Source: Candidatus Hydrogenedentota bacterium
GTDB lineage: Bacteria; Hydrogenedentota; Hydrogenedentia; Hydrogenedentales; SLHB01
Reading direction: 5' to 3'
Assembly (NCBI GenBank): GCA_034408725.1
Contig: JAWXCN010000017.1
Location: 1 to 17,215 of the forward strand
Length of the DNA: 17,215 nt
Part shown: one piece after another, positions 1 through 8,794 of the stretch
Numbering within the stretch: the first letter of the stretch is position 1
Layout of the letters: each line of letters starts with the position of its first letter
Position numbers and translations under genes: made by a program
Notes under the pieces: generated by a model
The model's database searches: none
The model's input: the letters and a program-made list of their open reading frames with translations, nothing else
What the model was told of the DNA's origin: nothing

Positions 1-992
1 GGTTCGAAGCGCGCGCGCATTTCGGGCGTCATTTCATCGAGCGTCCATGTTTTGCTCGTTACCTGGGGTTCGCCAATCATGGTCCCGGCGATCCACGGCG
101 CGGTAGAAGTGCCGGCGACTACATGGCGCCGGTTGAACCACGGTCCGCGTTTGCCTTGGTAATCCATCAGTACCAGGGGTTCGGCCGTAGCGCCGGTCAT
201 ACGCTCCAGCGCACCGGTTAGCTGCCGGACCCGGGCAGGCAATGGCATTTCCGGGACGGGCCGATCTTTCTGATGCTGAATCCAGAATTCGATACGGTTG
301 CCTTCCGCTGTATCGACCAGCACCTGCATGTCTGGATCAAGGCTTACGATCCACCGATGGCCCAGCCGCATTACGCCACTGTTGCGGTGGCTATGAATTC
401 TTTCCTGGGCTCTTACCGCGAGACGCGGAAAGTCATGCGTGGATACTTGTAGGGTCGAGCTCCAGACGCCGCGGGAATGAATCGTGATCATGTTCGAGCC
501 GATTTGGGCGATTGAAACACGACGCCACAGGCAAGTGAGCGGCGACATGATTCCCGCAAAAGCCAGCAACGCCGCGATACCCGCGGCGATACCCGTGACG
601 ACGTTTTCGATGAGCGCTCGTCGCGCATTGAACTCCGCGGCCATCGCTTCACGTTCGGCGCGCATGCCCGCGGCTTCCGCTTCGATGCGCTCCCATTCCT
701 CCGTAGAAACCGACTCCCGAAGAGTGGCCTTAAGCGCCTCGGCGTCGCGCAGCATGGTTTCCATGATTTCGGTGTCAAGCGGCCGCCCGGAATTCGGCGT
801 CAGGATCGGCATCAGAACGCTTGCGAGTAGTCCGATTGCGCAGACCGCGAGCAACAGGTACCCGATTCGGCGTAGCAGCGTGCGACCGCTGGGCCGGTAC
901 GCAATACTGTCCTGACGCTCGTCCACGCAGGTCCAATCATGAATGTCAAAGACTCGCGCCTTCAGCCGCGCCTGCACGCTTTTTGATTTCAT
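1..992 (-). CDS. Hypothetical membrane protein, two predicted TM helices, 3' end beyond the window (>330 aa)
   Basis: My own translation shows ATG at 992 preceded by GAGGG and a frame open to position 1. It reads MKSKSVQARLKARVFDIHDW..., then hydrophobic IGYLLLAVCAIGLLASVLMPIL, a charged helical loop (EEWERIEAEAAGMRAEREAMAAEF), a second hydrophobic stretch VVTGIAAGIAALLAFAGIMSPL, and a soluble region ...MRLGHRWIVSLDPDMQVLVD...EMTPEMRARFE. It is probably absent from the ORF track because it has no stop codon in the window. Confidence 0.8.
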   Translation of the reverse strand, partial: MKSKSVQARLKARVFDIHDWTCVDERQDSIAYRPSGRTLLRRIGYLLLAVCAIGLLASVLMPILTPNSGRPLDTEIMETMLRDAEALKATLRESVSTEEWERIEAEAAGMRAEREAMAAEFNARRALIENVVTGIAAGIAALLAFAGIMSPLTCLWRRVSIAQIGSNMITIHSRGVWSSTLQVSTHDFPRLAVRAQERIHSHRNSGVMRLGHRWIVSLDPDMQVLVDTAEGNRIEFWIQHQKDRPVPEMPLPARVRQLTGALERMTGATAEPLVLMDYQGKRGPWFNRRHVVAGTSTAPWIAGTMIGEPQVTSKTWTLDEMTPEMRARFE

Positions 993-1087
993 ACATGCGC
1001 CCTCGCTGGTTCAACATTCCCGCTCGTGTATCTTATACAACATTCCCAGTCCGTTTCCCGTCCCGTGCGTTGACGGCTTGTCCTGCA

Positions 1088-1093
1088 TATAAT
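1088..1093 (+). promoter_or_regulatory. Consensus -10 box TATAAT upstream of the 1102 gene
   Basis: Perfect TATAAT ending 8 nt before the GTG start. There is no obvious Shine-Dalgarno and no correctly spaced -35. Confidence 0.5.
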
Positions 1094-1101
1094 CGAGTTC
1101 C

Positions 1102-2652
1102 GTGAACGCACATTTCCAAAACATTGAACCGTTGCTGTGCCTTGCGCGCGACTTCGCGCGTGAGCGGAGTTGGTCCGATGCGCACGCGGTATTGCGCGCG
1201 GCCCGCGACTACGCCGAAATCTACCGCAGCCCTGTGCCGGCAGAAGTAGATGCTGTCGCAATAATTCACCGCGCCCTGTCGGCCGCGGCCCTGCGCCCTA
1301 CGGTCAGTGGACCGGCGTCGTTGAATGCGCGCGGCGACGAAGAGCAAATGGCGGTTGTTATACGGTTGCTCGTGAATTCCGCGCGGCTCGAATTTGATGC
1401 AACCCTGGAATGCGCGTTGATCGATTTGGATGGCGTGCCTGCCATTCGCATCAGTATCGACGGGCCGGGCCAATTTCCGAGCGTTGTGGATTTGGGTTTT
1501 TCGTTTCGCGTGGCACGTGACATCATTGACGCGGCTTGGACCAATGCGACGTGCGGTGGCCGGATTGATGCGCAGGCGTCCCAACTCGAGCTTCGGATAA
1601 AGGGCGTTCGGATGTGCACGGACATGATGGGTCTGAATCCCGCGCTGCTCGATTCCATCCGCAGAGCGGAGCGATGCTCGCGCCTGTTGGCGTCGGCGGA
1701 TGCCGGTGCAAAAGCGACTGCCGCGGTGGACGATCTGCGCACCGCATTGCAAGAAGCGTTGGCGGACATTGACGTGGCCGACGACCCATTGCAACCGGGC
1801 GACGTTGCGAAGTTTGTGCGCGATGCGGCCAACACGGATGCGCCGGAGAATCCGGTGAGCGTAACTGTGAGCGTGGAAGGGACGGTGCCACCTATAGCAG
1901 TCCGGCGAAATCGAATTGCGCGAATGATTGAACTATTTCGCAACTTGGCCGGCGAATCACTTCCGCATGGAGGTGAGATGGGAATCTCGCTGGAACTCAA
2001 TGCAACGTCCCGCGCCTTGAGTATAAGCGTACACACAGTTGGAATGACTGAGCCCGAACCGGTCGGATGGTTCATGCCTTCGATTCAACGTTGTATCGTG
2101 GAAACGCACCGCGGAGGAATTGAATCGGACATAGGCGCTCGGGGCGTCACCGTACTCATGTCGATGCCGGATACAGTAGCGCGCACGCTTGACGATTGGT
2201 TGCCGGGCTGGGACACCTTCACGCCGCGATCAATCCAGATGCTGCGTTTACTAAAATCGGGAGGTCCCGTTCCGCCGGAGGAGATTATTCTTGCCGGTGT
2301 GCTGGAAGACGAGTTGGAACGGCGGCTGCTCCCGAGACTCGGTGTAGCGCCAGCAAGCCATCTCGCCCATGATTTGAAGGCGCGACCGGGTTTACCGGGG
2401 TCGTCGCCCGCACGGGTGGAGAAGGTTCTGGGCCAGATTCGGCGTGGTAAACCGAAGAAGGAGATATGCTCGGCTGCGTATGCGGGCGAGTTGCTACATC
2501 TATATTCGATAGATGACAGACACAAAAAATCAATCGGAATAATTTTATCAGAGAAAGACGCACTGGAAACACTATCGCGCGAATTAGTAAAGAATAATAT
2601 AAATTACTATCTATGTCTGAAATTAGTGCCAGCGGTTTTGAATCCGCCATGA
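1102..2652 (+). CDS. Hypothetical protein with two degenerate histidine-kinase-like ATPase (HATPase_c/GHKL-like) folds
   Basis: 516-aa ORF. Repeat 1: GDEEQMAVVIRLLVNSA...IRISIDGPG...GGRI. Repeat 2: VPPIAVRRNRIARMIELFRNLAGESLPHGGEMGI...IVETHRGGIESDIGARGVTVLMSMP. Both follow the HATPase_c pattern but lack canonical N, G1 and G2 boxes. The gene call is solid and the fold call is inference. Confidence 0.6.
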   Translation: MNAHFQNIEPLLCLARDFARERSWSDAHAVLRAARDYAEIYRSPVPAEVDAVAIIHRALSAAALRPTVSGPASLNARGDEEQMAVVIRLLVNSARLEFDATLECALIDLDGVPAIRISIDGPGQFPSVVDLGFSFRVARDIIDAAWTNATCGGRIDAQASQLELRIKGVRMCTDMMGLNPALLDSIRRAERCSRLLASADAGAKATAAVDDLRTALQEALADIDVADDPLQPGDVAKFVRDAANTDAPENPVSVTVSVEGTVPPIAVRRNRIARMIELFRNLAGESLPHGGEMGISLELNATSRALSISVHTVGMTEPEPVGWFMPSIQRCIVETHRGGIESDIGARGVTVLMSMPDTVARTLDDWLPGWDTFTPRSIQMLRLLKSGGPVPPEEIILAGVLEDELERRLLPRLGVAPASHLAHDLKARPGLPGSSPARVEKVLGQIRRGKPKKEICSAAYAGELLHLYSIDDRHKKSIGIILSEKDALETLSRELVKNNINYYLCLKLVPAVLNPP

Positions 2653-2780
2653 CCGATTCTGGGTTGCGGGAAGGTCGGCGGGCTGGCAAACCAAAACCTC
2701 TGGAATGCAGGGAGTGGATCGGGGTACTATAAGGGTGCAGCGGGGCTATGACTTTATTCATTACGTGAGGTTTCTTGGGT

Positions 2781-3965
2781 ATGAAGTATGGTATTCGTAT
2801 TTGTTGCGCCATAGCCGTGACTATTTTCATTCTGCAACCTCCCACGGCAACCGCGGGTGGGCCGGGGTTCAGGACAGAGTTGTTCATGTCGGGGTTCGAG
2901 AATCCCGTTTTTCTAACGGCGCCACCGGATGACACAACGCGGATCGTTGTGCTTGAGCAGGAAAGCGGTTCGGTTTTTCTGATAAAGAATGGCGTTCGGC
3001 AGGCGACGCCCTTTCTGAATATCGACAAGAAGGTCGGTTCTGAGGATGGCGAACAAGGTCTATTGGGCCTTGCGTTTCATCCTGATTACGCCAACAACCG
3101 TTTCTTGTACGTGAACTACACGGACAACAATGGCGACACGGTCATCGAACGGTACAAAGCGAAAAAGAGTTTCGACAAGGCGGGGAAGAAGAGCAAGAAA
3201 CGGATTCTAAAAATTGCGCAACCGTACTCAAACCACAATGGCGGTATGATTGCGTTTGGTCCGAACGATGGATACCTCTATATCGGAATGGGCGACGGGG
3301 GCGACGCCGATGATCCACACAACAATGGGCAGACGTTAAACACGCTTCTCGGCAAAATGCTTCGTATCGACGTCGACAATGGCGATCCATACGTCAACCC
3401 CTCGAGCAATCCCTTTGTACCGATCTCGGCGGCGAGATCCGAAATATGGTCCATAGGCTGGCGCAATCCCTGGCGCTGGTCCTTCGATCGTCTTACTGGC
3501 GATATCTATGTCGGCGACGTTGGGCAGGACAACGTTGAAGAGATTGATTTTCAACCGGCCGACAGCGAGGGTGGCGAGAACTATGGTTGGAAGATTGCGG
3601 AAGGGTTTTCATGCCGCGGCGGTTCCGGCACGTGTGGAACGGACGAAGGTTTCACGCCGCCAATAATCGACTATGGACACAACGAAGGCCAGGTGGTAAT
3701 TGGAGGCTATGTGTACCGGGGCACTGCGATTCCCGCGCTGGCCGGCACCTATTTTTATGCCGACTACAGTTTCGGGACGATTTGGTCGCTGAAATACGAT
3801 GGAAACACGGTTTCTGACTTAACGGAACGGACAGATGACCTTGATCCTGTGGGCACGCCACGGATATCAGGCCCCTGCTCGTTTGGCGAAGACGCCGCTG
3901 GCGAGTTGTACATCCTCGACCGCGACGACGGAGAAATCTACAAGATCGTTCCAGACGTCCGGTAG
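2781..3965 (+). CDS. Secreted PQQ-dependent sugar dehydrogenase (glucose/sorbosone dehydrogenase family, beta-propeller)
   Basis: Signal peptide MKYGIRICCAIAVTIFILQPPTATA. Family motifs EQGLLGLAFHPDY, NHNGGMIAFGP.DGYLYIGMGDGG, GKMLRIDVD, EIW..GWRNPWRWSFD, DVGQ...EEID, GENYGW...EG, GGYVYRG, SFGED..GELYI. Start moved to ATG 2781 because GAGG lies at 2767-2770. Confidence 0.92.
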   Translation: MKYGIRICCAIAVTIFILQPPTATAGGPGFRTELFMSGFENPVFLTAPPDDTTRIVVLEQESGSVFLIKNGVRQATPFLNIDKKVGSEDGEQGLLGLAFHPDYANNRFLYVNYTDNNGDTVIERYKAKKSFDKAGKKSKKRILKIAQPYSNHNGGMIAFGPNDGYLYIGMGDGGDADDPHNNGQTLNTLLGKMLRIDVDNGDPYVNPSSNPFVPISAARSEIWSIGWRNPWRWSFDRLTGDIYVGDVGQDNVEEIDFQPADSEGGENYGWKIAEGFSCRGGSGTCGTDEGFTPPIIDYGHNEGQVVIGGYVYRGTAIPALAGTYFYADYSFGTIWSLKYDGNTVSDLTERTDDLDPVGTPRISGPCSFGEDAAGELYILDRDDGEIYKIVPDVR

Positions 3966-4043
3966 GAACCGTCACGAGGTCGTGCGTCGCCCTCTCCATG
4001 AGGGTTCGTGTATCGTACTCGACACGATGCACGGAGGTCTGTA

Positions 4044-4634
4044 ATGTCAATCCCGGTGTTCGAGAATCCCATTGATCTTTTCAACGCATGGTTTGCGGAG
4101 GCCCTCGAATGCGGCCTGCAGGAACCTACTGCCATGTGCTTATCCACCTGCGATGCAGCCGGCCAGCCTTCTTCGCGCATGGTGCTGCTCAAAGGCGTGG
4201 ATGATCGGGGATTCGTATTCTATACCAATTTCCAGAGCCGGAAAGGGCGCGAACTTTTGGAGAATCCAAAGGCGTCGCTCTGTTTCTACTGGATGCCCCT
4301 TGGCAAGCAGGTGCGTATCGCTGGCGACGTCACGCGCGTGAGCGATGAGGAAGCGGACGCGTATTTTGCAACCCGCGATCGGCAGAGTCAGATTGGAGCG
4401 TATGCTTCCAATCAGTCGCAGCCCTTGAACACAATGGCCGGGCTTGAGAAACGTTTTGAAGAGTTCTCAAACAAATTTGAAGGTGTGGAGATACAGCGTC
4501 CCGGGCATTGGTCAGGGTTTCGCGTGCGGCCCGATGAAATCGAGTTTTGGATGAACAAACCATTCCGATTGCACGAGCGGCTTTTGTATACACGCGACGG
4601 GCAGGAATGGCGGACGGCGTTATTGTATCCATAG
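4044..4634 (+). CDS. pdxH: Pyridoxamine 5'-phosphate oxidase
   Basis: Motifs PSSRMVLLK, GFVFYTNFQSRKG, QVRI.G, YF.TR...SQIGAYAS.QS, RP.HWSGFR..P..IEFW, RLHER and C-terminal LYP. GGAGG at 4033-4037 supports ATG 4044 rather than 4008. Confidence 0.96.
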   Translation: MSIPVFENPIDLFNAWFAEALECGLQEPTAMCLSTCDAAGQPSSRMVLLKGVDDRGFVFYTNFQSRKGRELLENPKASLCFYWMPLGKQVRIAGDVTRVSDEEADAYFATRDRQSQIGAYASNQSQPLNTMAGLEKRFEEFSNKFEGVEIQRPGHWSGFRVRPDEIEFWMNKPFRLHERLLYTRDGQEWRTALLYP

Positions 4635-4671
4635 CAATTGGCAAGGCCGGCTCGGATGGACAGTATCAACC

Positions 4672-4699
4672 GTGGCCCACTCGCAGTCGAGTGGGCCAC
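4672..4699. terminator. Perfect 12-bp hairpin between convergent genes (probable terminator or REP-like element)
   Basis: GTGGCCCACTCG-cagt-CGAGTGGGCCAC lies between the stops of pdxH (4634) and the large lipoprotein (4722). There is no U-tract on either side. Confidence 0.6.
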
Positions 4700-4721
4700 C
4701 AGACTCCCCCTCGCAAACTTC

Positions 4722-7700
4722 TTACGGCGTAATCGTCACACTTACGGGTATTGTCGTGTTGCCGCCGTCGCTGAGCAACGTGATGTTGGTCGAATACACG
4801 CCGGGTGCGACCGTGGTGGGATCGATTGTTACGGTCACTGTTTCCAATTCACCGCCAACGGTTGAACCGCTCGCCGGCAGCACGCTTTCGATCCACACGG
4901 GCAACGCGTTTGTAACGAAGGCCCAGTCCAGCGTGCTCTGACCGGTGTTCGTGACCTGGAAGTCAGCGAACACGTTACCACCGCCCTGGGGCACGGACCC
5001 AAACGCAAGGTTTGCCGTGTTGACCGTTCCGAGCACCGGCGGGAGGATCGTTATCGACATTACGATGGGCCAACTACCTTCGATGTCTAACGTGCCGCCA
5101 AAGTAATCGATCATGAGCGTGCCCGAATACGTTCCGGGATCCAGCGCGCGATTGACCAGAATCTGTGCCGTATCAACCTCGGTTGTGTTCAACAACATGC
5201 CGTTGTCTGGCGTAACGCTCAGCACGAAACTTGGCAGATCACCTGCTTGCCACGTCAACAAGACTTCTGGCGAAACGACATAGGGATATGTTCCGCCAAT
5301 ATTGCGGATATCGATAGTCGTGGAGTTCGTTGCCGTGCCAAGCGCAATCAGGCTGGGGGAGACGTCTGGCGTCGGAAACGCCGGGGCGAGGAACGGATCG
5401 GCACCGACCGTCATCGTATCGGGATAGATGAAATACTTTGGTTCAGTGTCGCCCGAATAGATCGTATTGTCAACGGTAAGTTCCAGTATGAACGGCGTGA
5501 CCCCAACGGACGCGAATGAAAGCCGCAACAGGTCGCCATAGCTTCCATAAGGAAGCACTTCCGCTGGCGTGGGGGCGATCAACGAGTATACGCCACCGCC
5601 AAGTGGCGTAAGCGTCCATCCTTCCACCAATCCGCCTTCGTTGAGGGGCACGATTGAAACGGTGAAGGCTTCGGTGCTCGACAGCGTAAACTCGAATTTG
5701 TTCACATTCCGCGGAATATAGTCGGCGCGCACGGTTGCCTGCGTTGCGCCTGACTGCACGCCGGTTGTGCGCATCGAAACCTGGCCCATGAGAATGTCGC
5801 CGGTGAAGCTGCTCAGGGACACGTTCTGCTCGTCGGAGATTCCCTGAATGATTCCCTGATCAGGCGAATCGTTTGGATCGTTCAACGCGCCGTCGAATCG
5901 AATCGGCACATTCTCTTCTTCGCCCAGCGAAACATAGCTGAGAACAGTGTGCGAAGCCAGATCGAGGTTTAAATCTTCGACGCGGTTCGCGAGATTTGCT
6001 ACGACGGGATTGCCATCGCCATCGGGTTTCGTGAGGTAATAATGGCCACCGGTGCCGGATGCGAGCCGCGCAAGCGGTTCATGGTTTACTTCGGTACCCC
6101 AACCAATTGGAACAAGCCGGACGCGTTGGGACACGAGGACGTCGACGTAGTCCTGAATTTCACCCGGCGGCGTGGTCAAGCGTCCGTCCGAGAGCAACGC
6201 GACGGAACGCACGTCTGCATCGTCGAAACCGATATGGGGGAAGTCCTCGTTGACAAGGCGTGAGCCGGCCGCGGCGACCGCTGGTAGAATCGCCGATGCG
6301 CCGTTGTCTTCGATGAAGATATTCTGCAATGCGGTTTTCAATGCCGTTGGGTTATCTGTAAAGTCTAGGACGAGGGTCGCCGGGGCGTTGCGATCATGGA
6401 ACTCCATGATCGCTATGGTCGCGAACCCGCGCTCCGTATTTGCAAAGTAATCGAAGTAATCGTCGATGAACTGCGAACCCGCCAATTCATAGAGCGACTG
6501 TAGATCAGTTCCCGCTGCTTCCGCGGCGTCCACCATGCTTCCGGAGTAATCGAGCAGTAGGACGGTGCGCATTCTCAGATCGATCCGCAAATCCGAAAGC
6601 GGTTCGGTCACGATGCTGTTTTGGAGATAGACCTGTTGCGTCGTTTCGCTGGGTTCTTCGATTTGAATGCCATCCTCGAAGATGCGGAAAGCATTCGTAA
6701 GCAATGCGGGGTCCATTACGAACGATTCGTCCTGGATATCGCGCATGACCATCGAATATCGCAGCAGGGACGGTATGCGGGTGCGCACTAGCGCCGTCTG
6801 GAACGACAATTCCGTTGCTTCCACCGAGACGGTGATGGTTTCTGGCGCGATGTCGGGATTGATTTCGCCAAGCGCGTCGAGCGCGTAGACCGTGATCGTG
6901 CCTGTCGCGCCGGTGCTTTCCAGTTCGCTGCGGTCTATGGACACGTTGATGGTTTGATAGTCCTTGATAACGCTGGCGGTGCCGATGCTGGTGCCGGTTT
7001 GCGGGCTCACGAATAACCAGTCCCGATCCGTGACAACCAGGAAGTTCAATACCGTTCCGGGGTCACCTACGTTAGCGACCGAGACCGCGCTCGAATCGGC
7101 ATTCAATCCGAAATCCAGATTCGTGGGCAACACGCCAATGACGGGGCGCAGTGGGACCTGCATGGTCACTTCGATGGTCTTGTTGCCGCCGTTAGACGTT
7201 ACCGGGATAAGCGCGGAGAACCCGCCTGCGGACAGCAGGGCGCGGCTAACGGTAATGGTGACAGTGTCAATCTGCGCGCCTTGGACGTCACCCGCGACCG
7301 GCGTCATGCTCAACCAGAGCGGAAAGTCCGCGGGGTCGATATTCCAGTTGAGGGTGCCGGTGCCGGTGTTCGTGATCGTGAAATCGAAAGTCGTTTCTTC
7401 ATCGCCGAGGGGTGCGAGCGCATTGTTGTTCGGGTTTACGAATCCCGTGTCGATGGTGAGCACGGGTACTTCCGCAACGGTCATGTTGACCGTAACGTTT
7501 TCGTTTCCGGCGTCAGAAGTTACCTGGAACGTGAACGAATACTGGCCAGGAATCTGGCCGATGCGGTTGACGGAAACAATCACCGCATCCGAATCGCCGG
7601 CAACCGAGCCGGAAGTGGGCGCCGCCAGGGACAACCATCCCGGCAATCCGGCGGTGCTGATCGACCAGTTCACCGTGCCGGTGCCGCCGTTGCTGATGAT

Positions 7701-8735
7701 AATGAGTTTGTCCGTTGCGAATTTTCCAAAGTTCAGCGTCGTGGGAGTGACCACGAGTTCAGCGGGCGCAACCGTCATGTCTACGCTGATGTTTGCGGCC
7801 CCGCCGTTCGACGTGATTGCGAGCGTGCCCGAGTAATCCTTGGCCGCGAGCGCGCCGCGGTCTACAGTTGCAGTAATGGTTTCCGTTTCGCTGGTGGTGG
7901 TTCCGGTGGAAACGTCGAGAGAAAGCCACGGGATAGATTCGGTAATCGTCCAGTTTAACGTGCCGGTTCCCGTGTTGCGGACCGTAAATTGAAGCTGTGC
8001 AGTGTTTGTTTCAAAGTCGAGCGCCGTCGGATTGATACCCAGCAGCGGCGTCGGGCCCGGTACGGTCATCGAGACCGGTAAGGTAATGTCGCCGCCATCC
8101 GAAGTAAATTCGATGTTGTCAGTGTACGCGCCGGGGGACATGCCTGTACGGTTCACCGTGACAACGACCGTCGTCGGCGTGGCCGATGTCGCGCCATTGG
8201 CGAGCGAGGTCGTCAACCACGGGATACTTTCCTCGAGCGTCCAGGTGACTGTGCCTTCACCGGCGTTTTCGACATCAAGTTCTTCCACGGTATCCGTTGT
8301 TCCGAAATCGAGTCCCGCCGGATTAATTTGAAGCGTGGGAGGGAGAGGGTCTTCGCTGACGCGCATGCTGACCGATACCGTGCGGCTGCCGCCATTCGAT
8401 GCGATGAGGAATTCGTCGGAGTAGAGGCCGGGGTCAAGACCTGTGCGGTCTACGCTAATGTCGACGACGGTTGGTCCGCCGACGGGCGTGCTGCCGTTAT
8501 CCGGCGTGACATCTAGCCAATCCGCGAGCCCACTGACGTTCCATATAAGCACGCCGGTGCCGGCGTTCTGAATCGCGAAACTGTCGTCGTCTTTATTCGG
8601 GCCAAAATTGAATGCCGCGGGTATAACCGAAAGGACCGGATCGACGCCAGTGCCGCCCGTAGATGGACAACCAGTCGCGGCGATCATGACAATCGCGGTC
8701 GCGGTGTACAGCGCTACTGAAATCCCACGTTTCAT
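4722..8735 (-). CDS. Large surface lipoprotein: about 6 BACON-like Ig repeats, VWA domain, beta-sandwich, 2 more BACON-like repeats (1337 aa)
   Basis: ATG 8735 after GGGAG. Lipoprotein signal MKRGISVALYTATAIVMIAATG|CPS. Repeats of about 95 aa follow P.L.(V/I).P..L.FG...I.N.G.G.L.W......WL.....G......V.V.R.GL..G.Y...I.S.GG...V.V.M.V. VWA motifs VLLLDYSGSM (MIDAS DxSxS, about 6537-6551), LLSDGR, PIGWG...LA..TGGHYY. Confidence 0.88.
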   Translation of the reverse strand: MKRGISVALYTATAIVMIAATGCPSTGGTGVDPVLSVIPAAFNFGPNKDDDSFAIQNAGTGVLIWNVSGLADWLDVTPDNGSTPVGGPTVVDISVDRTGLDPGLYSDEFLIASNGGSRTVSVSMRVSEDPLPPTLQINPAGLDFGTTDTVEELDVENAGEGTVTWTLEESIPWLTTSLANGATSATPTTVVVTVNRTGMSPGAYTDNIEFTSDGGDITLPVSMTVPGPTPLLGINPTALDFETNTAQLQFTVRNTGTGTLNWTITESIPWLSLDVSTGTTTSETETITATVDRGALAAKDYSGTLAITSNGGAANISVDMTVAPAELVVTPTTLNFGKFATDKLIIISNGGTGTVNWSISTAGLPGWLSLAAPTSGSVAGDSDAVIVSVNRIGQIPGQYSFTFQVTSDAGNENVTVNMTVAEVPVLTIDTGFVNPNNNALAPLGDEETTFDFTITNTGTGTLNWNIDPADFPLWLSMTPVAGDVQGAQIDTVTITVSRALLSAGGFSALIPVTSNGGNKTIEVTMQVPLRPVIGVLPTNLDFGLNADSSAVSVANVGDPGTVLNFLVVTDRDWLFVSPQTGTSIGTASVIKDYQTINVSIDRSELESTGATGTITVYALDALGEINPDIAPETITVSVEATELSFQTALVRTRIPSLLRYSMVMRDIQDESFVMDPALLTNAFRIFEDGIQIEEPSETTQQVYLQNSIVTEPLSDLRIDLRMRTVLLLDYSGSMVDAAEAAGTDLQSLYELAGSQFIDDYFDYFANTERGFATIAIMEFHDRNAPATLVLDFTDNPTALKTALQNIFIEDNGASAILPAVAAAGSRLVNEDFPHIGFDDADVRSVALLSDGRLTTPPGEIQDYVDVLVSQRVRLVPIGWGTEVNHEPLARLASGTGGHYYLTKPDGDGNPVVANLANRVEDLNLDLASHTVLSYVSLGEEENVPIRFDGALNDPNDSPDQGIIQGISDEQNVSLSSFTGDILMGQVSMRTTGVQSGATQATVRADYIPRNVNKFEFTLSSTEAFTVSIVPLNEGGLVEGWTLTPLGGGVYSLIAPTPAEVLPYGSYGDLLRLSFASVGVTPFILELTVDNTIYSGDTEPKYFIYPDTMTVGADPFLAPAFPTPDVSPSLIALGTATNSTTIDIRNIGGTYPYVVSPEVLLTWQAGDLPSFVLSVTPDNGMLLNTTEVDTAQILVNRALDPGTYSGTLMIDYFGGTLDIEGSWPIVMSITILPPVLGTVNTANLAFGSVPQGGGNVFADFQVTNTGQSTLDWAFVTNALPVWIESVLPASGSTVGGELETVTVTIDPTTVAPGVYSTNITLLSDGGNTTIPVSVTITP

Positions 8736-8794
8736 TGCAAACTCCCTACCAGCGAATTCCATTTGTCGCTTGCTGTATCCATGTCCGCCGTCTT

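Noticed and set aside
1070-1075. TTGACG as the -35 partner of TATAAT at 1088
   Set aside because: The spacer is only 12 nt.
242-2525. Alternative ORFs 242..487, 484..915, 488..778, 1033..1794, 1266..2075, 2085..2525
   Set aside because: These are antisense or out-of-frame shadows of the two real genes, with Arg/Ser-rich unnatural composition.
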